Made by a program: the position numbers and the translations under genes. Positions 29,599 through 37,670 of a DNA stretch of 64,000 nucleotides are shown here, piece by piece. A model generated the notes under the pieces. It was given only the letters and a program-made list of their open reading frames with translations. It made no database searches and was not told where the DNA came from. This DNA is from a virus. The DNA lies in IMG/VR virus record IMGVR_UViG_3300035703_000067, positions 7,592 to 71,591 of that record; one strand, given 5' to 3'. Numbering within the stretch: position 1 is the first letter of the stretch; each line of letters starts with the position of its first letter.

Positions 29599-30183
29599 AT
29601 GGCACTAACTCCTAAGTCAGTCAGACTTGACAAAAAATGTGGAGCAAGCGGAATTCCTGACAACAAAAAATGTCGGATTAACTCCGGGCAGAATCAAAGT
29701 GATCTAATAGCACGAGCTCAAGAAGCGTACCAAAACTATGACAAAACCAAAAGTAGAGGTGTTGACATAGGCAGAACAATAGGCACAAGCGTAGCTGCAC
29801 TTGGCACCGCTTACTCAGCCTATTCTCTGTATCATTCCATAAAGACCGAAAAAGAAAGGAAAAACCAGACTGCTTTGCAGGGGATCAAGTTTAAGAAGAA
29901 AATGGGCAATGAAATTCTGGTAAAAGCTGCGACAAGAGCACGCGATTTTGTCAATGGCAATCGTGGGGTCAACCCATGGGCCACCCGTTACGGCCGGAGC
30001 TCGGCCGAGAAGCAAGCAGTCGAAATGGTGAACCGAGCCAAGGAATCGCGGCGGATGTGGCGAGAAGCCGCCCGCCGTGAACTCAGCGCATTGAAGTCTG
30101 TTGTACCCGAATCACCAGCGCGTAAACGTGCCCGAGAGCGCAATAACAACGATTCCATATGGGCTGATGGCTTCGAGGTTTAA
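29599..30183 (+). CDS. Cys-tag module protein
   Basis: RLDKKCGASGIPDNKKC + hydrophobic helix; C-terminal DSIWADGF. Confidence 0.8.
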   Translation: MALTPKSVRLDKKCGASGIPDNKKCRINSGQNQSDLIARAQEAYQNYDKTKSRGVDIGRTIGTSVAALGTAYSAYSLYHSIKTEKERKNQTALQGIKFKKKMGNEILVKAATRARDFVNGNRGVNPWATRYGRSSAEKQAVEMVNRAKESRRMWREAARRELSALKSVVPESPARKRARERNNNDSIWADGFEV

Positions 30184-30185
30184 CC

Positions 30186-31961
30186 ATGACAAGTCTGACA
30201 CCATCGTCTCTGCGCATTGATAAGAAATGCGGCAAGTCCGGCATTGCGGATAATAAGAAGTGCACCAAACAGACAACACCACAAACTCCGGGCAACGAAG
30301 AGAAGAGCGGGGGTGGAGGCCCCAGCACCGCACTTCTTCTATCGGCCGGAGGTGTTGTTGCTACCGGGGTCGTTCTTGGAGTTATAGCTAAAGATATTTA
30401 CGGAAGCGGTGTACCAAAAGAAAAAGTACCTCCCAAGGTCCCGCCTCCAGGTCTTTATGACACATTCAAACCTGGAGATCTGATTTATCAGACCGATGAA
30501 TTCGCCGGTGCAAATAGGGCACACTACGCCGTCTACGTAGGCAAAGTAGACGGTGAGCATAGGGTGTTTGACACCTCTGCGCAGACGATTAAAGGTAAGC
30601 AGACGTCCAAGATGCAACTGCGCACCATTAAGGAAGCTACGGGGACCGGCACCTCTTTCGCTCTCGCATCCCGCGTAGACGAAAAAAGGCGTCGTCCGAC
30701 ATCTCAAGAACTCGAGAAGATCATTAAGCGTCTCAATGGCAAGTCATTCGACTGGACGGGCTTTGAGGACAACTGTGAAACACTAGCCCGCAGCATTGTG
30801 AACGATCTACCAGTATCGACTCAATCCAAGAACGTATCCGGCATGACCAACTTCTTGGCGAAAACAATGATTTCGGCTATGGCCCCAAAAGGTTACAGAA
30901 AACGTGCAGTAAAGCAAAAGAACATCAATAACTTGGTCGCTCGCACCTTGGGGGACAGCATGTCCATTACGCCTTCTTCTCTCAAGATCCGCGCCGACAA
31001 GAAGTGCGGGAACAGCGGAATCCCCGAGAACGCCAAATGCCACAAAGGTGGTGGAGGATCGTTCAACGCCGGACTCCTTGCCACTGGCCTTGTCGCGGGA
31101 GGTATCACCGCTTACGCCCTGACTCGAGGCGGGGGAAAAGCTACATCTGCATCAACAGAGTCTCCCACTAAGCCGCGCCCCAGCCTTCCGGGTGTAACCC
31201 CCAAAGCATTGCTGGCGCCAGCGCCTCCACGTAAATCAAAGACGCAACGTATGCGTGAGAACACGCAGACCGCCATGCGCGAAGCCGAGGGCGCCATTGC
31301 ACAAACCGCGCGCGAAGAAGTGCGACGTGTGGGGCAGATCGGCAACACCATGGCCAAAGCCGGTGAAGCTACCGGCATGGCAGCCAAGACCACATTCCGT
31401 GAGCTTCGCCTGCGCACCGAAGCCGCGCGGCGTCGCTACGAACCCGGTTACAGGCGCCCTGATCAACGCAGGCTCCCAGGCGGGGTCGGATCAGGTCTCC
31501 CACGTCAAGAACGAACTCGCTCCCTCGAGGAACTTGGGCAGATGAGCACAGAAGAGCTCCGTACGTGGATGACCGATCCCCGCACAGGGCAACCTCGCCG
31601 TCGTAAACCTCAAGGCTTCGGGCGCCGCGACAACTACATCCAGTACTACGCCCCTACGCAACTCCAACCCCCCACCCGCCGCGACGCCGAGGACGGCAAG
31701 AAATACACCAAAACCGTCACCAACCCTGAAACCGGGCGCAAAAACAAGGTCCGCTACGGCGCTAAGGGCTACAAGATCGCCCCCGGCACTAACAAGGGCG
31801 ACCGCTACTGCGCCCGGAGCTTCGGCGACATGAAGTCCGAGGGCTACGACTGCTCCGGTGCCGAGCGCAACACACCCTTGTGCCTCTCGAGGGCGAAGTG
31901 GAAGTGCTCAGGCAAGACCTCACGCCGCGATGGGCTCACGCCGGGAAAGTCCTCGGCCTAG
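30186..31961 (+). CDS. Two-module Cys-tag polyprotein with LRAT-like (permuted papain) domain and C-terminal Cys-rich basic domain
   Basis: RIDKKCGKSGIADNKKC; PGDLI..HYAVYVG..NCETLA; RADKKCGNSGIPENAKC; YCARS...SRAKWKC. Confidence 0.8.
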   Translation: MTSLTPSSLRIDKKCGKSGIADNKKCTKQTTPQTPGNEEKSGGGGPSTALLLSAGGVVATGVVLGVIAKDIYGSGVPKEKVPPKVPPPGLYDTFKPGDLIYQTDEFAGANRAHYAVYVGKVDGEHRVFDTSAQTIKGKQTSKMQLRTIKEATGTGTSFALASRVDEKRRRPTSQELEKIIKRLNGKSFDWTGFEDNCETLARSIVNDLPVSTQSKNVSGMTNFLAKTMISAMAPKGYRKRAVKQKNINNLVARTLGDSMSITPSSLKIRADKKCGNSGIPENAKCHKGGGGSFNAGLLATGLVAGGITAYALTRGGGKATSASTESPTKPRPSLPGVTPKALLAPAPPRKSKTQRMRENTQTAMREAEGAIAQTAREEVRRVGQIGNTMAKAGEATGMAAKTTFRELRLRTEAARRRYEPGYRRPDQRRLPGGVGSGLPRQERTRSLEELGQMSTEELRTWMTDPRTGQPRRRKPQGFGRRDNYIQYYAPTQLQPPTRRDAEDGKKYTKTVTNPETGRKNKVRYGAKGYKIAPGTNKGDRYCARSFGDMKSEGYDCSGAERNTPLCLSRAKWKCSGKTSRRDGLTPGKSSA

Positions 31962-34228
31962 TAAGGAGCGACGCCCCCGAGCGCGCTAAGGGCAAGCCCT
32001 GTGGACAGTCACATATACCAAAACAGCATAATTGCTCGAAAGATTCTAGTAAAGGTGTCAATCAAGTAGAGAGTAATCAGCGCAATCTCGCTAAGTGGGC
32101 CGCCGTCGGCATAAGTGCTGCGGCAGTTGGTGGAATCGCCGCTGTTTTGTATAGCCAAAACAGTTCAAAACAACAGATATTACGTGAGTTAAAGCTAAAA
32201 CAGACTAATGCGCGCGCCGCTCTTTTGTATAGTCAAAACAGTTCAAAACAACAGATATTACGTGAGTTAAAGCTAAAACAGACTAATGCGCGGCTTCGTC
32301 GTGCTGAAGAGCACGCCGCTATATACGATTATGTTTCTGCAAGTTATGGGCTGAACCGCGCACTTAGAAGTGGAGAACAGCTGGACGAACGCTATCAAGT
32401 CATAAAAGACGGACTAGACAGTTGGCTTAATAAGTCGTCTGGGGATAAAGGAATTTACTACAGAGGAATTGCATGGAATGCAAGTACCGAGTGGAGGACT
32501 GCTACAGCAGGTCAAACAATAACTGACAAAGCATTCGGCAGCTTTTCTAGTAGTAGAGCAATGGGTATAAAGTATGGTGAAGGCAAAGATAATAAATCGG
32601 GAGTAGTCATTGTCGCTCGCGGATCTCTTGCCAAGCTGCCGTACCACGTTAAAGGAAGATACGGTCAGTCAATGGGAGAGAAGCTTCGTGCCGAAAGAGA
32701 ATTCCTAGCAAGGCGCAACACGCAATTCAAAGTATTGCGCACTCAAGACGTTACTTTGCGCTACAGCAGGAAAAAAGGAGTAGACGAGCTTGTTCGTGAT
32801 CCTAACGGTGACATTATCAAAAAACAACGAATCGTTTATGTAGATATACTCGATCCTCGGCGCTCCGACGCATACTTTGCGCGCGCTCAGGGCAAGCCCT
32901 GCGGTGAATCTCACATCCCAAAGCAGCATAAGTGCAGCAAGAATTCGAGGATCTCTAATAGCAACAATTTACAAACCGCAGCTAAAGTAGCTCTTGCCGC
33001 AGGCGTCATAGCAGGAGGTGCCTACTTGATCAAAAGCAGATACATCTCACCTAAAGACTGGGAGAAACACCCAGCCAATAGGCTGAACAACCCCAAGATG
33101 ACCGAGGACGAGGCGCAGCGCATCGCCGACGAGGCCATCGCCGGGGGCCAGAAGTGGGACGTCCAGGAAAAGATCAATGCTCGCCGCCGAGCCGAGCGCG
33201 CCACCGAGTGCGGAGGTGGCCTGGGAAAGATCCAAGCCCCGGCGAAGTTTGACGCACAGATCGTCGATCCTCAGTGTCAAGCAGGCTTCGGGGCATTTGG
33301 TACTTACTATGTACACTCATCTGAAAAGTATGGAATAAAGGTTTTTCAGAGTGGAGCAGACGACGACGTTAAAGCTGAATTTAGACGCCTGGATAAAGCG
33401 GACTATGCAGGAGTAAATGTTCCAGCTCCCATTCGCATAAACAAAGTCAAAGACCAATACGGAGATGTAAAAGCTCAGACTCTAGTCATGTCTCATATGA
33501 AAGAGTACAAGACTATTAGCGCTGTACACCATGACGCATACGCCAGAGCAGCGAATGCCCCGCTAATTGTCCAAACAAAGATAGCTCGTGAATTCCGCAA
33601 GCTACATACAGCAGGTCTTGCACATGGGGATATCCACTCAGGCAACGTAATGGTACATCCGCGAAGCCAACGAGTGGCGTTAGTCGATTTTGGCTACGCG
33701 ACTGAATTACACGATGGAAGGCAGCCCTCGCACTACCGCAATGGTGTGCAGAACCTCCTCTACGACATGAATCGACTACCCGAGTTCCTCGGATTCGACA
33801 ACAGAGGCGCTGATTTCTTAAACCGGTACAAAGGTACGCTAGAAAACGTAGAGAAACAAGCCAAAGAGCTTGCCAAGTTCGGCGGCCCCGATAACGAACA
33901 ACGGTTTACCATCGCTGTGAAGCGCTACCACGACGCCCTCGAGCGTGAACTGCTCTGGGACGACCGTATGCCACGTTCTCGTTTTGTTAGCGGCGCCGAA
34001 CAGCCACGCATCCCTGGCCTGACACGCCGCATCCTTACTGCCAACGCCAACACACGGCAGCGCCAGTTGATGGAAGGGCTGCACAACGGCAATCTGACGT
34101 TGTTCCAGGACGGAGCCAAGAACCTGGGCGTTAAGCCCGCGCGTCTGTTCGTAGCCCTCAAACCCGAGCGTGATGCTCGCCAAGCCCGTCAACGCCAACG
34201 GCCCTTCGGCACTCCCTTGGTCCCATGA
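31880..34228 (+). CDS. Cys-tag modules with ADP-ribosyltransferase and Ser/Thr-kinase-like domains (probably a frameshift extension of the upstream ORF)
   Basis: GKPCG.SHIPKQH.C twice; ART LNRALR..YYRG..FGSFS..EREFL; kinase GFGAFG, IK, HGDIHSGNV, DFG; no good start codon. Confidence 0.8.
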   Translation: MPLEGEVEVLRQDLTPRWAHAGKVLGLVRSDAPERAKGKPCGQSHIPKQHNCSKDSSKGVNQVESNQRNLAKWAAVGISAAAVGGIAAVLYSQNSSKQQILRELKLKQTNARAALLYSQNSSKQQILRELKLKQTNARLRRAEEHAAIYDYVSASYGLNRALRSGEQLDERYQVIKDGLDSWLNKSSGDKGIYYRGIAWNASTEWRTATAGQTITDKAFGSFSSSRAMGIKYGEGKDNKSGVVIVARGSLAKLPYHVKGRYGQSMGEKLRAEREFLARRNTQFKVLRTQDVTLRYSRKKGVDELVRDPNGDIIKKQRIVYVDILDPRRSDAYFARAQGKPCGESHIPKQHKCSKNSRISNSNNLQTAAKVALAAGVIAGGAYLIKSRYISPKDWEKHPANRLNNPKMTEDEAQRIADEAIAGGQKWDVQEKINARRRAERATECGGGLGKIQAPAKFDAQIVDPQCQAGFGAFGTYYVHSSEKYGIKVFQSGADDDVKAEFRRLDKADYAGVNVPAPIRINKVKDQYGDVKAQTLVMSHMKEYKTISAVHHDAYARAANAPLIVQTKIAREFRKLHTAGLAHGDIHSGNVMVHPRSQRVALVDFGYATELHDGRQPSHYRNGVQNLLYDMNRLPEFLGFDNRGADFLNRYKGTLENVEKQAKELAKFGGPDNEQRFTIAVKRYHDALERELLWDDRMPRSRFVSGAEQPRIPGLTRRILTANANTRQRQLMEGLHNGNLTLFQDGAKNLGVKPARLFVALKPERDARQARQRQRPFGTPLVP
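31943..31949 (+). promoter_or_regulatory. Predicted -1 programmed ribosomal frameshift site G GGA AAG
   Basis: Lambda G/GT heptamer, correctly phased, 3 codons before TAG; the -1 frame stays open to 34228. Confidence 0.7.
32138..32293 (+). repeat. 78-bp in-frame tandem duplication
   Basis: Two near-identical copies encoding AA(V/L)LYSQNSSKQQILRELKLKQTNAR. Confidence 0.95.
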
Positions 34229-34530
34229 CCTCCCTTCGCCTCGACGGTCGCTCCACCGAGTACTACCGCACGCATCCCGAGGCCGCTGCAAAGAAAGTTC
34301 GCCACCAGGCCGAGATCAACCGGCGCCCCTCTGAGCGCAAGCGCCGCGCCGAGCTCAACCAAGAGCGCCGTCGTCGTGGCATCTACGGCAAAGGTGGCCC
34401 AGACATCTCCCATACCGAGGCCGGAAAAACCGTCCTCGAAGATCCCTCCATCAACCGCGCGCGCAACGGTCACGGCAAACAACCCCGCCTCAAGCGCGAC
34501 TCGATCTGGGCCGAGGGCTTTGCCCCCTAA
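34225..34530 (+). CDS. Small basic protein, HNH-like remnant, with DSIWAEGF tail
   Basis: RKRRAELNQERR..GKGGPDISH...PSINRARN; MTSLRLD start, KRDSIWAEGFAP end. Confidence 0.7.
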   Translation: MTSLRLDGRSTEYYRTHPEAAAKKVRHQAEINRRPSERKRRAELNQERRRRGIYGKGGPDISHTEAGKTVLEDPSINRARNGHGKQPRLKRDSIWAEGFAP

Positions 34531-34742
34531 AGCCCCTCTAAAAGCTTCGACGCTGAAACGCCATACAAATCTGCCAAGTCAAATAATTTCGATACTGCAA
34601 ACTCGATCTCTCCTTTCTCCAACCGACAATAAGCGGCCTGACTAATAGCAAGCTTCTCTGCTACGTGCGACTGAGTAAACTTCGTCGCTTCCCTTAACTG
34701 TCTAATACGCCCACACAATGTGAGTTGCCGATAGATCGCCAC
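34527..34742 (-). CDS. XRE-family HTH transcriptional regulator
   Basis: IRQLRE...TQSHVAEKLAISQAAYCRLEKG...LADLYGVS. Confidence 0.9.
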   Translation of the reverse strand: MAIYRQLTLCGRIRQLREATKFTQSHVAEKLAISQAAYCRLEKGEIEFAVSKLFDLADLYGVSASKLLEGL

Positions 34743-34803
34743 ATCCCCAATACGCTATCCGTATCAGGCTATCGCTTACAGCCAAAACGCTTAAGCTGTC
34801 GCC

Positions 34804-36069
34804 ATGGAAACATCTGTTTCTCGCTACGATTTCGCGCCCATTACGGGCAGCGAAACCACCGACGAGGGGTATCTCCGCGTCTGGTGTCGTGCGGCGCGCT
34901 CGGGCACTCAGCTCTACAAGCGCGCAGATGGCTCCCAGGTTCGGGAATACAGGCCTCCCGAGGAGGTCTCAAACCCTGAGTCTCTCTCCACGTTCGGCAT
35001 GAAACCCGCAACGTGGGGGCACCCCCCTGTTCTTCTCGATTCAGCCAACACCAAGAAGTTCCAGGTCGGCTACTCCGGTAGCCAGGTCCGGTACAACGAC
35101 GGTTTCGTTGAAGTGGCCCTGGTTGTTACAGACCAAGACGCCATCGAGAAGATCAAGCGCAAGGACGCAACGGAAGTCTCTGCCGGATACAAGGTCGATT
35201 TCGACCCCACGCCCGGTGTCACCCCCGAGGGCGAGTCCTACGACGGCGTTCAGCGCAACATCCGGGTGAACCACATCGCCATCGTGCCCCGTGGCCGGGC
35301 TGGCCCGGAGGTACGCCTACTTATGGATCGAATGGATGCGGCCGACGCCGTCGCCTTCGATTCGGCGCTCCAGCCCTGTACACCTGCATCTCCCGTTATG
35401 GCCACCGTCAAACTCGACGGCCTGGAGATCGATCTGCCCGCAGAAGCAGCTAGCGCGGTCCAGTCCTTCGCACGGGACATGGAGCGCCAGCTCAAAGCTG
35501 TGACTACCGAGCGCGATGAGCTTTCCAACAAGCTCGACGCTCAGCAGGAAGAGATCGACAACCTCGCCTACGAAAAAGAAGCCGCCGAAGGCCGCGCTGA
35601 CGCACTCGAAGAGCGCATCAACGAGCTCGAAGACGGCACTTCTACCGGTCGCATCGACACCGCTGAACTCGACGCCCTCGTTTCTGAGCGCCTCGCCACT
35701 CTCCAACGTCTGGCCCCCGCCTTCGATGAGGAGTTCAAGTTCGACGGCATCGACAGCGACGACCTCTACGCCCAGGCCTTCGAGAACCTGACCGGTTCGG
35801 CCCCCCGCGAAGACGCTGACCCCTCCTACATCCACGGTGTGGTGGACGGCATTCTTGCCGCTCGCGCTGACTCCGAGGACGAAGAGGGTGACGAGGACGA
35901 CTCCGAGGAAGAAGGCGAAGAGCCCGAAACCAAAGAGGACCGTGCCGACAGCACCACTTCCCTGCGTGACGCACTGAAAGGTGCCGGTCGCGGTTCCGCT
36001 TCTCCGGTGGACACCTACCGGACGCGCCAAGCGGAAGCCTGGAAGCGCCCCCTCACCGCCACCAAGTAA
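34804..36069 (+). CDS. DUF2213-family putative prohead protease/scaffold
   Basis: EGYL..ARSGTQLY, RPPEEV, HP, EVSAGY, QRNIRVNHIAIVPRGRAG; acidic coiled-coil C-half. Confidence 0.9.
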   Translation: METSVSRYDFAPITGSETTDEGYLRVWCRAARSGTQLYKRADGSQVREYRPPEEVSNPESLSTFGMKPATWGHPPVLLDSANTKKFQVGYSGSQVRYNDGFVEVALVVTDQDAIEKIKRKDATEVSAGYKVDFDPTPGVTPEGESYDGVQRNIRVNHIAIVPRGRAGPEVRLLMDRMDAADAVAFDSALQPCTPASPVMATVKLDGLEIDLPAEAASAVQSFARDMERQLKAVTTERDELSNKLDAQQEEIDNLAYEKEAAEGRADALEERINELEDGTSTGRIDTAELDALVSERLATLQRLAPAFDEEFKFDGIDSDDLYAQAFENLTGSAPREDADPSYIHGVVDGILAARADSEDEEGDEDDSEEEGEEPETKEDRADSTTSLRDALKGAGRGSASPVDTYRTRQAEAWKRPLTATK

Positions 36070-36081
36070 GGAGATCCTTCC

Positions 36082-36696
36082 ATGGCAGTCACTTTTACCG
36101 CCACCACCGTCGCCAATCCGAGCGGCGCACAGGGTTCGTACCCCCTGGTCCAAGTCAAGGGCCACGAGGGCATGATCGCCGACCTGCAGGCCTATGTGTC
36201 TCGCAGCTATCGCAACCAAACCGGCGCCGCCATTCCTTTTGGCGTGCTGGTTGCAACCGATAACACCCCCACCAGCAACGACGCTTTCGCTGTCGAGATC
36301 GCCACTGGTGTGACCGGCATCCAAGGCCTGGCCATCAGCACGATGACCCTGGAGGGTGTGTCCGGCTCCTCGAGCTACACCCCTGTACCAACCCCCGCCT
36401 ACTCGGATGGCCGCATCGGCTACCCCGACAAGGAGACCCTCAATGTGGTGTCCAAGGGTGTGGTCTGGGTGTATTCCACCGCCGCCATCGCCCTCGGCGA
36501 CGCCGTTCGCTTCTTCAAAGCGGACCACTCGGGCACCGTCACTGGCGCCAACCTCGGTCGTTTCACCAAGACCGCTGTTGCCAACAAGACCGTCGAAATC
36601 ACCGCCGGTGCTCGTTGGCTGTCTGAAACCTCGGCCGCCGGCCTCGTCTTGCTGGAGATTGACCTCCCCAGCATGACGTTCTCCGCCGACGCTTGA
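36082..36696 (+). CDS. Capsid decoration/cement protein (putative)
   Basis: Between protease and MCP; IPFG, V.SKGVVWV. Confidence 0.75.
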   Translation: MAVTFTATTVANPSGAQGSYPLVQVKGHEGMIADLQAYVSRSYRNQTGAAIPFGVLVATDNTPTSNDAFAVEIATGVTGIQGLAISTMTLEGVSGSSSYTPVPTPAYSDGRIGYPDKETLNVVSKGVVWVYSTAAIALGDAVRFFKADHSGTVTGANLGRFTKTAVANKTVEITAGARWLSETSAAGLVLLEIDLPSMTFSADA

Positions 36697-36713
36697 TCAC
36701 GGAGCTTCTTCCC

Positions 36714-37631
36714 ATGACCACTGAAATCCGTAACGACGAGGTCGGCGTCTTTCTCGCTCGCGAGCTCGAAACGATCCTGGCTCGCACCTTCGAGGTCGAG
36801 TACGCCGACATCAAGTACTCGTCCCTGATCCCGATCTCCTCCGAGGTCGGCAATGGCTCTGATTCCTACACCTACCGAGTCTTCGACAAGCAAGGCTCGA
36901 TGAAGGTGATCGGCGACAAAGCGCAGGATCTGCCCCGCGCTGACGTGCTCCGTAAGGAAGTGACCCACCCGGTTCGCTCCCTCGGTGCCTCGTTCGCCTA
37001 CACCATCCAGGAGACCCGTGCCGCCGCCATGGTGCCCGGCATGAACCTGGAGCAACGCCGCGCCAACGCCGTGCGCCGCGCCTACGAGGAGAAAGTGCAG
37101 GAGATCGCCTACTTCGGCGATAGCGCTTCCGGCATGAAGGGCTTCTTCAACAACGACCAAGTCGACAAGCTTGTCCCCGACAAGTGGTTCGATGGTGCTA
37201 GCACCACCACCGACGAGATGCTGGCCCTGCTCAACGAGGCACCCACCCGCCTCGTGCAGAACAGCAACATGAAGGAGATGCCCAACACGATGCTGGTGCC
37301 CTACAACGTGTACCGCATCATCTCCACCACCCCGCGCAGCACCACCTCCGACACCACGGTGATGGAGTTCTTCCTGCGCACCAACCCGATGATCCAAGCC
37401 ATCGAGCCCATCAACGAGCTCGAAGCTGGTAAGTCGAACGGCACCCTCTCCAAGGACCGGATCGTGGTGTACGACCGCAGCCCTGACAAGCTGCAACTGC
37501 ACATCCCCCAACCCCTGGAGTTCCTGCCTCCTCTGCGTCAAGCACTGGAGTTCTCCGTTGCTGCTCACGCACGCATCGGTGGCCTTGCTCTGTACTACCC
37601 CAAGAGCGCCCTGGTTCTTGAAAAGGCTTGA
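36714..37631 (+). CDS. Major capsid protein (DUF2184 / encapsulin-like HK97 fold)
   Basis: FLARELE.I, DLPRAD, YFGD...GFFN, ARIGG..YYP. Confidence 0.9.
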   Translation: MTTEIRNDEVGVFLARELETILARTFEVEYADIKYSSLIPISSEVGNGSDSYTYRVFDKQGSMKVIGDKAQDLPRADVLRKEVTHPVRSLGASFAYTIQETRAAAMVPGMNLEQRRANAVRRAYEEKVQEIAYFGDSASGMKGFFNNDQVDKLVPDKWFDGASTTTDEMLALLNEAPTRLVQNSNMKEMPNTMLVPYNVYRIISTTPRSTTSDTTVMEFFLRTNPMIQAIEPINELEAGKSNGTLSKDRIVVYDRSPDKLQLHIPQPLEFLPPLRQALEFSVAAHARIGGLALYYPKSALVLEKA

Positions 37632-37670
37632 CCTATTCCTGAATCAAACATCCTTCATCACGTCCTAGCC

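Noticed and set aside
26791-32935. Repeated tag DNA as a CRISPR array or DGR template/variable repeat
   Set aside because: Repeats are in-frame, conserved at protein level with synonymous changes and irregularly spaced; no reverse transcriptase or adenine-specific variation seen.
35317-37568. Long minus-strand ORFs (403 and 382 aa), and similar ones at 40529-41524 and 55321-56424
   Set aside because: Shadows caused by high-GC codon bias opposite well-supported structural genes; no motifs.
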